Positions 8,376-16,905 of a DNA stretch of 33,510 bases are shown in pieces. This DNA comes from a virus. Numbering within the stretch: position 1 is the stretch's first letter; each line of letters opens with the position of its first letter. The stretch covers positions 1-33,510 of IMG/VR virus record IMGVR_UViG_3300007102_000029, one strand, 5' to 3'. The notes beneath the pieces were generated by a model, which had not been told where the DNA came from, searched no databases, and saw nothing but the letters and a program-made list of their open reading frames with translations. A program made the translations under genes and the position numbers.

Positions 8376-9934
8376 CTTTGCCGACCGACGCTTTGCGGGT
8401 TGTTGAATTTTCCAACCGCCGATATGTGTTCGTTTCCTGGGGCGTCATTGTTTACGACTTGGCGTGGCGGGAAGTGTCCCGGTCTAGGCTTGCGAATGTC
8501 GTTTGCGGGTGTGTTGATGCGACCGGAATTTGGTTTGGCACAAGTTCGGCCGGGGTTTGGTGGTTGCCGCTTGGCGGGTCCGGCGACACCACCGGCCGGG
8601 AGTCGCGGCGATTTGGCACCGATACGGTGCAAACGATACAAAGCGACGGTGTTAACTGGTTGGATATTTACGACGGCGACTTGGTGGTGGCCACCGACGC
8701 CGGGGTGGATTTTATAACGGATTCCGGCGGGTCGGTTTACCAGTACGCCGACGCCAGCGGCGTGGCATGTTGCGCGATCAATTCAACCAATATTGTCTAT
8801 GCGCCGTCGGCCGGCGGTGTGGAATACCTGGCGCACCCGTCCGACGATTGGGACACGTCCGACGCGACCGCGTTAACCACCGGGTCGTCGCCGGCAATTG
8901 TTAACAACACGGTCCAGGCGGTCGCATACGGCACCGACCTTTTTATTGGAACCGCCGGCGGGGTGTCCGTTTACGACGGGTCGAGCGTTACCAATTTTAC
9001 CACCACGCCGCTTGGAACGGTGGTCGACGTTAAGGCAATCCACCCGCAAACCGACGCCACCGATTCGGCCGGCGCGTTCGCTTACGCGACCAGCAACGGA
9101 AGCGACGGCGGCCGGTTCGGGGTTTATGACATTGCCGGCGCGTCCAACCTGGACACGGTTAGCGGCGACGCGACCAGCGCGTGGCTTGCCGACGATATAG
9201 GCGACGCCGTTTATAATGATACGGTCGAGCAATACGCCAAAATTGCGCCGGTGTCGCCAGGTTACGGCGGCAATGGCGTTTCGACCAGTTATAGCATTTA
9301 CGCCGAAATTGTCGACACCCTGGACGACGTGGCGTCCGGGTCGGTTGTTTTGAAGATAAACGGCACCACCGTTTCGCCGACCGTTACCGCTATTACTGAC
9401 GGTTACAAGGTCGAATATTCGGGGAGCGCCGGCTATAACCAGCGAATGGCCGTCGAATTGTCGGCCACCGACGATTCGGCCGACAATAACCCCATTTCCC
9501 GGTCGTGGTGGTTCGTAACCGAGGCGGCCCAGGACCCGGCACCGGTCGCCGGCGCGTTGCCAAATATCGTGGCGGTGCGCGATATTTCCTTGGCGGCGGC
9601 CGAGGCCGACGAAACCATTGGAACGATTCACGTTATTTGGGGCGACGAATACACAAGCGCCTTAATAGCGACCGACGCCCAGGCCGAAGCGGTCGCCATG
9701 GTTGAGTTGGACAAAACGACCTTCCATAAAAAAGTTAGAACGTTAAAGGTTAAGCCGACCGACGCCGGCGCCCTGGACACCGGCGAATTGCAACAAGGGG
9801 ACACCGTGGCGGTAACGTGCGCGGCGTTGTCTATGTCGGCGGCAACGTGCGAAGTGTTGGCGATTTCGGCCACCGAAAACATTTCCGACGGCCTGGAATA
9901 TATTTTAACCGTGGCCGAATACGAGGCGGTTTAA
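8372..9934 (+). CDS. tail/baseplate protein with a beta-propeller-like N-terminal region and Ig-like middle domain
   Basis: There are five blade-like repeats of the form hhhGT..GV..h: IWFGTSSAGVWWL, LVVATDAGVDFI, IVYAPSAGGVEYL, LFIGTAGGVSVYD and FAYATSNGSDGGRFGVYD. The middle segment VVLKINGTTVSPTVTAITDGYKVEYS is Ig-like. There is an ATGA overlap with the upstream gene. Confidence 0.6.
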   Translation: MTLPTDALRVVEFSNRRYVFVSWGVIVYDLAWREVSRSRLANVVCGCVDATGIWFGTSSAGVWWLPLGGSGDTTGRESRRFGTDTVQTIQSDGVNWLDIYDGDLVVATDAGVDFITDSGGSVYQYADASGVACCAINSTNIVYAPSAGGVEYLAHPSDDWDTSDATALTTGSSPAIVNNTVQAVAYGTDLFIGTAGGVSVYDGSSVTNFTTTPLGTVVDVKAIHPQTDATDSAGAFAYATSNGSDGGRFGVYDIAGASNLDTVSGDATSAWLADDIGDAVYNDTVEQYAKIAPVSPGYGGNGVSTSYSIYAEIVDTLDDVASGSVVLKINGTTVSPTVTAITDGYKVEYSGSAGYNQRMAVELSATDDSADNNPISRSWWFVTEAAQDPAPVAGALPNIVAVRDISLAAAEADETIGTIHVIWGDEYTSALIATDAQAEAVAMVELDKTTFHKKVRTLKVKPTDAGALDTGELQQGDTVAVTCAALSMSAATCEVLAISATENISDGLEYILTVAEYEAV

Positions 9935-10237
9935 TTGAGTTTAAAAGAAATAAAAAAGAGGCTGGCCACCGACCAGAAAAACCTGGTTCGGGCCGAAGTG
10001 TTAAGCGTAACCGGGAGTTCGTCGCGGGTCCGTTTGGCCGACGGTCGGGTGGTGACGGCCGGCGCCGACGGGTACGAACCGCGGCCGGGCGATACGGTCG
10101 AAGTATCGACCACCGGCGACAGTTTTTTGGTCCAGCGTAAAGGGAAGTTCGCCGCCCTGGACGGCGAAAGGGTTATTGATTTGACATACAGCACCGGCCG
10201 GGCGGTTTCGTCGGCCTTTTCGACCGCTTTTGGTTAA
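9935..10237 (+). CDS. small beta-rich tail protein (possible OB-fold / spike-like)
   Basis: TTG start directly after the upstream TAA, with GAGG 9 nt upstream. The segment AEVLSVTGSSSRVRLADGRVVTAGADGYEPRPGDTVEV resembles the small barrel N-domains of baseplate spike proteins (weak). Confidence 0.4.
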   Translation: MSLKEIKKRLATDQKNLVRAEVLSVTGSSSRVRLADGRVVTAGADGYEPRPGDTVEVSTTGDSFLVQRKGKFAALDGERVIDLTYSTGRAVSSAFSTAFG

Positions 10238-10251
10238 GGGGGTTTAAAGTA

Positions 10252-10779
10252 ATGTCCGACACAATTAGAAGTTTAGACGCGCTTTTGGCATTATTCGCGG
10301 ACAACACCACCGGGCAAATATCGGCCCAGGATTTGCGGGACTTTATCGTGTCGGCCATGGCGACCGACGTTAAGTTTACCAGCGACGGCGGGGTGGCGAT
10401 CAAGTTAACCAATAAAACCGGCGCCGATAGTGTTAAAGGCACCGCCGTTGCCGTATCGGGTGGCACCGACAATGCCTTTGCCTTGCCAGGCGTCGACGCT
10501 TACGACATTACCGCGTTTGTTTACGAAAGCGGGGTGGCCGACGGGTCCGAATGTTGGGTGGTGGTTGCCGGCATTGCCGTTGCCCTGGTCGAAGATTCGA
10601 CCGCGGTTAGCCGTAAAGATTTAATGTTGGCCGGTGGTACGACAAGCGGTCGGATTGAACCGGCGTCGGCGGTGCCGCCGCCAACCAACGCCGAACACTT
10701 CCGGGAAGTCGGCCACGCAATAACCGGTTGCGCTTCCGGGACCGACAACACGGTTAAAATCATTATCCATTGGAATTAA
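10252..10779 (+). CDS. tail fibre-like protein
   Basis: AAGGGGG SD upstream. The N-terminal motif LLALFADNTTGQISAQDLRDFIVS is one I recall at the N-termini of many phage tail fibre proteins. Confidence 0.55.
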   Translation: MSDTIRSLDALLALFADNTTGQISAQDLRDFIVSAMATDVKFTSDGGVAIKLTNKTGADSVKGTAVAVSGGTDNAFALPGVDAYDITAFVYESGVADGSECWVVVAGIAVALVEDSTAVSRKDLMLAGGTTSGRIEPASAVPPPTNAEHFREVGHAITGCASGTDNTVKIIIHWN

Positions 10780-10805
10780 ACCATAACGACAAGGAGTAAA
10801 AAGCC

Positions 10806-11183
10806 ATGGAACAAGTGGACAAAAAACAGGTAAACGGGCGCGGCGATTTCGCCGGCAGTATCTTAATGGCACCGGCCAGCACCACCGAGTTAACCGACGC
10901 GGCGGCAACGTGCGTATTTACAATTGACGACGTGCGGCGGTGCGGGTCGATTCTGGTTGACGTTATTTCCGACAAGGATTGCACCGTTGATATTGTCCGC
11001 TATTTGGACCCGGACCAATCTTTCGAAGGTGCGCCGGCAAGCCAGGGCGTCGTTACCGGTGGCACCCCTGGCCAATTCAAGTATTCCGACCTTGGTTGTT
11101 ATGCGGTCAAGGTGACGATTACCAAAACCGAGGCCGGGACCAGTAGCGGCTTTTTTGCCAGTGTTCGCGGCCAGGCTGATTAA
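10806..11183 (+). CDS. hypothetical beta-rich protein in the fibre module
   Basis: 125-aa ORF with an AAGGAG SD 9 nt upstream. No recognisable motif. Confidence 0.6.
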   Translation: MEQVDKKQVNGRGDFAGSILMAPASTTELTDAAATCVFTIDDVRRCGSILVDVISDKDCTVDIVRYLDPDQSFEGAPASQGVVTGGTPGQFKYSDLGCYAVKVTITKTEAGTSSGFFASVRGQAD

Positions 11184-11212
11184 TTATTGCTTTTGATTTA
11201 AAGGGGTGAGAA

Positions 11213-13165
11213 ATGGACCTTGCAAGCGCGGTCGAATTAAATAACGGCGCCGAAGTCGGCGTTGGTTCGGGCCTTTCGGTGGCCAGGCAATTAAACCCGT
11301 CGTTCGGCCTGGCTGGTTTTGGCATGTTGTCCAAATTTGACATGGCCGGGTTGAAGTTAACCAGGAACACCGCCGACACCGTGGAAGATTATAACGGCAA
11401 CCCCGTTTCGGTGCCGGCCGGTGTCGCGGCGTTTCGTGGTGCGCGGTATGACGCGGCCACGCAAACCTGGCACCTTGACACCGGGACCGCTGGCGAAATG
11501 GTCCACCCGGTCGCCGACTTTGAGTTTATCGACCAGGCAAGTGGGGAGAAAAAGCGAATTGCCAGGCTTGCGAATTACCAAGCTTGGCCTGGCGCCACCA
11601 CCGGCGTTGCGTTGGGAAAACGGATAGCCCCAGGAAATGGCACGTTTTGGGAATGCACCGCCGCCGGCGACACCGGGGGTACCGAGCCGGCCGACTGGTC
11701 CGACACCGAAAACCCTATAACCGACGGGGCGGTTGTTTGGACGTATAGGGGCATATATCAAGATGAAATCGGTTTACAGGTTTACCCGGCGTCGACCAAT
11801 CTTTGTGAGTGTTACCCGTTTCCGCTGGCTGATGAAGTTAGCGAGGTTGAGGAGGTCGCCAACGGCGGTTTCGATACTGATTCGGTTTGGACTAAGGGGG
11901 CCGGGGTTGTTATTTCGGGCGGGGTTGCTACCGCCGATAGCGCGTCGCTTATCGTGTCGCAAGTGGTGGCTTTAACCCTTGGCCGGGTTTATCGTGTTAG
12001 CTTCGATTATGAGGAAACGTCGTCGTTGCGACTTAGACTTGTTAACGGTGGCATTGTTTGGACAAGCGACGATTTGTCGGGGTCCGGTTCTGGTTCTTTG
12101 TCTTTTGATTTTGCCGCCGAGGCGGTGACAAGTTTTAGTATCGAAGCGTTCGGCGACGTTTTTTCCGGGAGTATTGACAACGTTTCGGTGCGGGAAATTA
12201 AACACGCCATCGGAACCAAAGCAACATTGGCAAGCACAACCGCAATAGAGGGGTTTACGGTGTCGGGGGCTTCCCCGGAAACCGACGACAGTTCGTTTTA
12301 TATCCGAGCCGCCACCGCCGCCGAAAACGAAAAATTTGGCGGCCTGGCCGGTTGGGCTTCGAAAATGTATGAAGTTGATAACGGCACCGGCACCGCGGTT
12401 TTTAATGTTGTCGCCGGTGGCACCCATTCCGCAACGGACGTTTCGTTGTCGGTTTGGGCCGCGGTATCGGCCGGCGAAGCGCAGTTGGCAACGTCCGGGT
12501 CGGAGGGGGCCGTTGATTTTTCCGGGGCGTCGTTAACCAGGGTGGTGTCTGAAAATATTTCGTCGGCTGGTAATTCCGCAAGGGTCCGGGCGAAAGCCGG
12601 GTGCGTCGTCGCTTTTGCCGGGTTGCAAGACGAAGAGGTTGTTTTTACCACGCCGCTTATCTTGACCGACGGCGCCGCCGCGGTGCGCAATGTAACCGTG
12701 GTCGAGTATAACAAGGCCCTGGCCGACTATTTCACGCAAGCCGCCACCCTGTTTTTGGACATTGCCAGCGCGGAAGATGCCGGCGGGGTCGGGTCGACGT
12801 TTTTTTTAGCAAAACACGCCAGCGCCGCCAACCGTTTCTTTTTGGAACGGTCGTCGGCGAATACGATTCGGGCCGGGGTCCACGACGGCACCGACTTTTT
12901 ATATGCGACCAGCGCTAAGGATACGTCCGAAACGGACGTGCGGCGGTGCGTTTGCGGGTATGACGGCGCGAATATTTTTATTACCGTCGACGGCGAAACG
13001 ATTGTTAAGACGGCCCAGGACGCGCCGGCCGGGCCGCTTGACGGCATTAACACGGTCGGGTCGTGGTCCGGTTTGACGTTAACGCCGGGGCTATATAAAA
13101 ATATGGCAATTGTCGACGGTATCGCCGGCGATAGTGCGTTGGAAGGGGTGGCCGGTTATGACTGA
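11213..13165 (+). CDS. tail fibre / receptor-binding protein with a carbohydrate-binding-module-like jelly roll and a concanavalin/LamG-like C-terminal domain
   Basis: The CBM-like pattern is VANGGFDTDSVWTKGAGVVISGG...RVYRVSFDYEE...SIDNVSVREI. The C-terminal TLFLDIAS...FFLAKHASAANRFFLERSSANTIRAGVHDGTDFLY...IFITVDGE is lectin-like (recall only). Confidence 0.6.
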   Translation: MDLASAVELNNGAEVGVGSGLSVARQLNPSFGLAGFGMLSKFDMAGLKLTRNTADTVEDYNGNPVSVPAGVAAFRGARYDAATQTWHLDTGTAGEMVHPVADFEFIDQASGEKKRIARLANYQAWPGATTGVALGKRIAPGNGTFWECTAAGDTGGTEPADWSDTENPITDGAVVWTYRGIYQDEIGLQVYPASTNLCECYPFPLADEVSEVEEVANGGFDTDSVWTKGAGVVISGGVATADSASLIVSQVVALTLGRVYRVSFDYEETSSLRLRLVNGGIVWTSDDLSGSGSGSLSFDFAAEAVTSFSIEAFGDVFSGSIDNVSVREIKHAIGTKATLASTTAIEGFTVSGASPETDDSSFYIRAATAAENEKFGGLAGWASKMYEVDNGTGTAVFNVVAGGTHSATDVSLSVWAAVSAGEAQLATSGSEGAVDFSGASLTRVVSENISSAGNSARVRAKAGCVVAFAGLQDEEVVFTTPLILTDGAAAVRNVTVVEYNKALADYFTQAATLFLDIASAEDAGGVGSTFFLAKHASAANRFFLERSSANTIRAGVHDGTDFLYATSAKDTSETDVRRCVCGYDGANIFITVDGETIVKTAQDAPAGPLDGINTVGSWSGLTLTPGLYKNMAIVDGIAGDSALEGVAGYD

Positions 13166-13595
13166 TTTAATTCAAGCAATTGTTAAGTTTTCCAATGTCG
13201 GGGTTATGGCTGGCAAGCTCAAAAGTTGGGGGATTGCCGCCAATGAATTGGTCGACGTCGGCGGGGAAATGGTCGAACCGCACCCGGTCCATAAATATGG
13301 ACACGCTTGTTGCGGCCCGGTAGTAATGGACGACGGGTCGTTTATGTTGCGGTTGATGATAACGCCGGCCCAGGCCGACCATATACCGGACGCCGACCGG
13401 GCGGCGCTTGACCTGGTTTGGCGATCTGACCAGGTGGACGCCCAGGGCAACCCCGTTGCCGAACCGACCTTTTCGTTTATCCAATACGACGACGCCGGCC
13501 AACCGCGCCAGGTCCCCGACCAGGTGGACGAAGAGGGGAACGTTTTAACCTTTAAAAACTATGTCCGCGAAATGCACCTTGCGGGGTTTGCTTAA
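13158..13595 (+). CDS. hypothetical protein (possible fibre assembly factor by position only)
   Basis: ATG 13158 is preferred over the track start at 13110. GGAAGGGG lies 10 nt upstream, and the start region overlaps the fibre gene stop by 8 nt (ATGACTGA). Confidence 0.55.
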   Translation: MTDLIQAIVKFSNVGVMAGKLKSWGIAANELVDVGGEMVEPHPVHKYGHACCGPVVMDDGSFMLRLMITPAQADHIPDADRAALDLVWRSDQVDAQGNPVAEPTFSFIQYDDAGQPRQVPDQVDEEGNVLTFKNYVREMHLAGFA

Positions 13596-13596
13596 A

Positions 13597-13821
13597 ATGG
13601 CTTTCGATAAGTGGTTGCACCTGGTCGCCGGGGCGTTTGTCGCCCTTTCCGCCCTGGTTGCCGGGTGCAACCCTTCCACCGCTTTGGTCTGGTCGATCAT
13701 GGCCGGCGCGGGTAAAGAGATTGTCGACTTTTTACGGTATGGCGTTTTCGATTTTGCCGACCTGGCCGCCACGGTTGCCGGCGGGCTGGTCCTGGTTGGT
13801 GCGGTTTGGACAATGACATAA
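13597..13821 (+). CDS. small two-TM membrane protein (DK..H ... GKE..D ... D..D pattern)
   Basis: ATG 13597 follows the upstream TAA (13593-13595) after one spacer nucleotide. Hydrophobic helices are HLVAGAFVALSALVAG and LAATVAGGLVLVGAVW, with GKEIVDF between them. Confidence 0.55.
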   Translation: MAFDKWLHLVAGAFVALSALVAGCNPSTALVWSIMAGAGKEIVDFLRYGVFDFADLAATVAGGLVLVGAVWTMT

Positions 13822-13971
13822 AACCGAAAACGATTTGCTTTTGTAACCACCACGGCCGCCACGCTTGTTGCCGTGTCGAATGTTACACCGTGGCGGGGTG
13901 CCAATATCGTTGTCCGGTGGTCGAAACAGGGTCCGGGCAATGTCTATGGCAAGACGAAAAAGGGGGCCGCA

Positions 13972-15207
13972 ATGAGTAGCCGCAAAGCCGAAACACGACG
14001 GCGCGACGAAGTATTGGAAAAGCTTTTAACCAAACACCCGGACGCCAGCATTAAAGAGTTGGCCGAATTGTCCGGGATTCCCAAAGCGTCGGTCGGCCGC
14101 TGGCGCCAACGGCGGGCAAGTAAAAAACCGGCCATGGTCGAAGCGCCAGAAGATGAACGCGACATTTTAAACCGCAAGATTGAGGGGTTGGAAAACGAGA
14201 ACAAAGAGTTAACCGACCGCTTGCGCGAGGATAACCAGATTGGCCAGTTATGGCGCCGCTTGAACCACCAAAGCGCCAAGGCGCCCAAATGGTTGGTCCC
14301 GAAACGTAAAAGCCGCAACCAGGCCATTGTTTCGGCCGTCCTGGCCGATGCTCATTACGACGAAAAAGTTAACCCGTCCGAAATCGAAAATTTAAACGCT
14401 TACAACCGCAAAATTGCCGAATTGCGCACCGAAAAGTTTTTTTCAAGTACCGTGGAATTGGCCCGCGATTACGTCGCCAACGTCGGGATAAACGGCCTGG
14501 TCTTAAAATTAATGGGCGATATGGTTTCCGGTAATATCCACGAAGAATTGACCGAAACCAACGAAGCTTATATTTTGCCGTCGATCTTGTATTGGCGCGA
14601 CCGGCTGGTTGCCGGCATTGATATGTTGGCCGGGCATTATGGCCGGGTCCATGTTGCCGGGGTGGTCGGCAACCACGGCCGCCAAACCCGCAAGCCGAAA
14701 AGCAAAGGCCGCGTCGAAACGAATTTTGATTGGCTGATTTATGCTTTGCTGGCCGATCATTACGCCGATTGTCCCGAAGTGACCGTCCAGGTCCCGGCCG
14801 GGGCCGATTTGGACCTGGCCATTTACGGCACCCGGTATCGGTTGACACATGGCGACCAATTCCGCGGCGGGTCCGGCATTGCCGGCGCCCTATCGCCAAT
14901 GATGATTGGCGACAGTCGCAAGCGCAAGCGGGCCAACCAGGCCAATAACCCTTATGATTTTTTGGTTATGGGCCATTGGCACCAATATTTCGATTTCAAA
15001 GGAATTATTGCGGCGCCGTCGTTGAAGGGTTACGACGAATACGCTTATTTGTCCAATTTTGAATTTGAGCAACCCGGCGGGTGTTTCTGGTTAACCGATA
15101 GCAACAAGGGCCGAACCATTCGGGCCGCCTTGCACGTTCGCCACCCCGACGAAGATTGGACCGACATAACAACCACCGAACCGTCGTGGATGGATAAGGC
15201 GGCATAA
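13972..15207 (+). CDS. calcineurin-like metallophosphoesterase with an N-terminal HTH and coiled-coil extension
   Basis: ATG 13972 with AAGGGGG 6 nt upstream. All five phosphoesterase motifs are visible: LADAHYDE (DxH), MGDMVSG (GD), VGNHGR (GNH), LTHGDQ (H) and MGHWHQ (GHxH). The N-terminus has IKELAELSGIPKASVGRWRQR (HTH-like) followed by ILNRKIEGLENENKELTDRL (coiled coil). Confidence 0.75.
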   Translation: MSSRKAETRRRDEVLEKLLTKHPDASIKELAELSGIPKASVGRWRQRRASKKPAMVEAPEDERDILNRKIEGLENENKELTDRLREDNQIGQLWRRLNHQSAKAPKWLVPKRKSRNQAIVSAVLADAHYDEKVNPSEIENLNAYNRKIAELRTEKFFSSTVELARDYVANVGINGLVLKLMGDMVSGNIHEELTETNEAYILPSILYWRDRLVAGIDMLAGHYGRVHVAGVVGNHGRQTRKPKSKGRVETNFDWLIYALLADHYADCPEVTVQVPAGADLDLAIYGTRYRLTHGDQFRGGSGIAGALSPMMIGDSRKRKRANQANNPYDFLVMGHWHQYFDFKGIIAAPSLKGYDEYAYLSNFEFEQPGGCFWLTDSNKGRTIRAALHVRHPDEDWTDITTTEPSWMDKAA

Positions 15208-15218
15208 AAGGGGGGTGC

Positions 15219-15572
15219 ATGAAAAGGGACGAACCAAGCGTTTTAAAAGAGGCCGACGGCCTGATTAACGGCGACCGAAACAGCGATTACGGCCACCCGT
15301 TGGACGACTTCACCGTGGCAATGGACATATTAAACGCCCTGGGATTCCGGCGCCAACAAGGCCATGGCGGCCCGTTTCGGCCGCTGGTCGCCGAGGACCA
15401 GCCAATTATTATGCAAGCGGTAAAGCTTAGTCGGGAATATAACAAGCCGAAGCGCGACAACCGCGTGGACGGGGCCGGCTATTGGGGAACGTTGCAAATG
15501 GTCGAGGACGAACGGGCGAGGCGGGAAGCGGTGCCGGTCGATTTCGCCGACGAGGACCACCGGGCGGCATAA
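15219..15572 (+). CDS. small phage protein with a GDR..DYG N-terminal motif (DUF6378-like by recall)
   Basis: AAGGGGGG SD upstream. The pattern LKEADGLINGDRNSDYGHPLDDFTVAMDILNAL...MQAVKLSREYN..KRDNRVDGAGY matches my recollection of that family. Confidence 0.55.
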   Translation: MKRDEPSVLKEADGLINGDRNSDYGHPLDDFTVAMDILNALGFRRQQGHGGPFRPLVAEDQPIIMQAVKLSREYNKPKRDNRVDGAGYWGTLQMVEDERARREAVPVDFADEDHRAA

Positions 15573-15579
15573 AAGAAAA

Positions 15580-15600
15580 GGGCGGCCCAGGTGGCCGCCC
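15580..15600. terminator. bidirectional intrinsic terminator between convergent operons
   Basis: GGGCGGCC (15580-15587) pairs with GGCCGCCC (15593-15600) around a 5-nt loop. It is flanked by AAAAGAAAA on the left (a U-tract for the minus-strand transcript) and TTGTT on the right. Confidence 0.7.
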
Positions 15601-15607
15601 TTGTTCG

Positions 15608-15790
15608 TTAGCGTTGTGTTTTTGGTGGCAAGTCGTCGTCGTGGAATTGTTCGCGCCAGGTGTCGCGGTAATAGCGATCAATTGCCAGGTGTAATATTTG
15701 CGTTGTTGTTTGCCCGGTCATTTTGGCCAGCGCCGAAAGCTGGTCGGCGCACCGTTTCGCCGCCCGGAAGTTAATTTGCTTGGTCGACAT
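15608..15790 (-). CDS. ribbon-helix-helix (Arc/CopG-like) DNA-binding protein
   Basis: I place the start at ATG 15790 (TAATG overlap with the upstream gene stop), not the track start at 15874. MSTKQINFRAAKRCADQLSALAKMTGQTTTQILHLAIDRYYRD fits a beta-strand plus two helices. Confidence 0.65.
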   Translation of the reverse strand: MSTKQINFRAAKRCADQLSALAKMTGQTTTQILHLAIDRYYRDTWREQFHDDDLPPKTQR

Positions 15791-16191
15791 TATATCGGTT
15801 TCCTTTCCGGTCGGCCGTGGTTGTTCGCCATGGGGCAAGGCCCGGTCGAATCGCAAAGGCCGCCGCACCCGCAAACGTCGCCGCGCTTGTTGTCGGCCGT
15901 GGTTGGTTCAAAGCGTTGCCCGCCCATGGTCGACAATTCAATGCGTGTAATTTGTTCGTTGGTTAATTCCAGTTCGTCGCGGTTAAGGTCGCGGGCTTTG
16001 TCAGCGGCGTCGTCGTATTTTTCCGTATAGGTCATTTTTAGCGGGTAATAGCCTTGTTCGTTGGCGACCGCAACGCCCAACATTCCGTTACAAGTGTCGG
16101 GGCCGTCTTTCGGGACCACGGCGACGTAACACCAAATTTTACCGCTAAAGTGGGCCTGGACGTCCAGGCGTGTTTCGATTGGAAAATACAT
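15790..16191 (-). CDS. hypothetical protein with a Cys-rich C-terminus
   Basis: 133 aa with SD AAAGGGGA upstream on the minus strand. The C-terminus is GDVCGCGGLCDSTGPCP. No family recognised. Confidence 0.6.
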   Translation of the reverse strand: MYFPIETRLDVQAHFSGKIWCYVAVVPKDGPDTCNGMLGVAVANEQGYYPLKMTYTEKYDDAADKARDLNRDELELTNEQITRIELSTMGGQRFEPTTADNKRGDVCGCGGLCDSTGPCPMANNHGRPERKPI

Positions 16192-16212
16192 TTTTAAATC
16201 CCCTTTCGTTGG

Positions 16213-16599
16213 TTAGTCGAGTCTGTTAATTAGGTCGTTAATTTCCTGTTCGGCCGCTGGCGTAATAATTGCTGTTTTGTGTCGCCGGTAGCTTTTAAGG
16301 TATGAGTTGAGGCACCTGGAAACCTTTTTGGTCATTGCCGGCGACCAGGTTTCGGCGTTGTCGATAGCCCATTGCCAGGCGCCAATTTCGCTTTCCAGGC
16401 GCCGGCCGCTTTGGCGCTTGCCAAGTATGTGTCCGATTTCGTGCAACGCCAAGGCGTAAGTGGTCCCGCTTTTAACCGGCGGGGTGGCGATCTTCTTTTG
16501 TCGGCGCCAGGCCCGGCCGTTGCGGGTGCTGGCTTTTACGGTAATGCCATTGTCTTTGGTTAGCCGGTCGATATGTTCGGCCATTTCTTTTGGTGTCAT
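16213..16599 (-). CDS. small HExxH zinc metallopeptidase (ImmA/IrrE-like gluzincin pattern)
   Basis: ALHEIGHILG is followed 12 residues later by ESEIGAWQWAIDNA (HExxH plus a downstream Glu). 128 aa with an ATGA-type overlap with the upstream gene. Confidence 0.65.
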   Translation of the reverse strand: MTPKEMAEHIDRLTKDNGITVKASTRNGRAWRRQKKIATPPVKSGTTYALALHEIGHILGKRQSGRRLESEIGAWQWAIDNAETWSPAMTKKVSRCLNSYLKSYRRHKTAIITPAAEQEINDLINRLD

Positions 16600-16847
16600 G
16601 TTTTCCCCTTTTCGATTTCATGGCGGTATTCGTCCGCGACCTTAATTTTTAATTCGGCGAGGGTCGGCGCGTCGTGGCCAAAGATTTGGTCGACGTAAAT
16701 ATTGCTTTCCTTGTATTTAACAACCCCTTTGTCGAGGGCGTCCATGTCGAGTTCGTCCGACGTCGTGATTAGTCGTCGGTATGGAAATTCAAGGCCAAAT
16801 TCGTCTTTGGTTTTTGCTAAGTATTGGTGTAAACCCGGTGTCCGCAT
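16596..16847 (-). CDS. hypothetical protein, first gene of the leftward cargo operon
   Basis: 83 aa with SD GAAAGGGGA 5 nt upstream (minus strand). It lies about 24 nt downstream of the predicted transcription start. Confidence 0.6.
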   Translation of the reverse strand: MRTPGLHQYLAKTKDEFGLEFPYRRLITTSDELDMDALDKGVVKYKESNIYVDQIFGHDAPTLAELKIKVADEYRHEIEKGKT

Positions 16848-16870
16848 TGTGTCCCCTTTCCGTTAATTCC

Positions 16871-16905
16871 TGCTTATAGTATAGCGAAACGCTATACAGT
16901 GTCAA
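16871..16905 (-). promoter_or_regulatory. sigma70-type promoter (TTGACA-16 nt-TATACT) with an embedded 17-bp palindromic operator
   Basis: The minus strand reads TTGACA (16905-16900), a 16-nt spacer, then TATACT (16883-16878). The palindrome TATAGCG-AAA-CGCTATA (16880-16896) covers the -10 element and spacer. Confidence 0.65.

Noticed and set aside
13856-13896. 8-bp stem (CCGCCACG / CGTGGCGG) with a 25-nt loop in the 150-nt gap before the phosphoesterase gene
   Set aside because: It has no T-tract, a large loop, and no adjacent promoter hexamers that I could find. It cannot be distinguished from a chance GC-rich inverted repeat.
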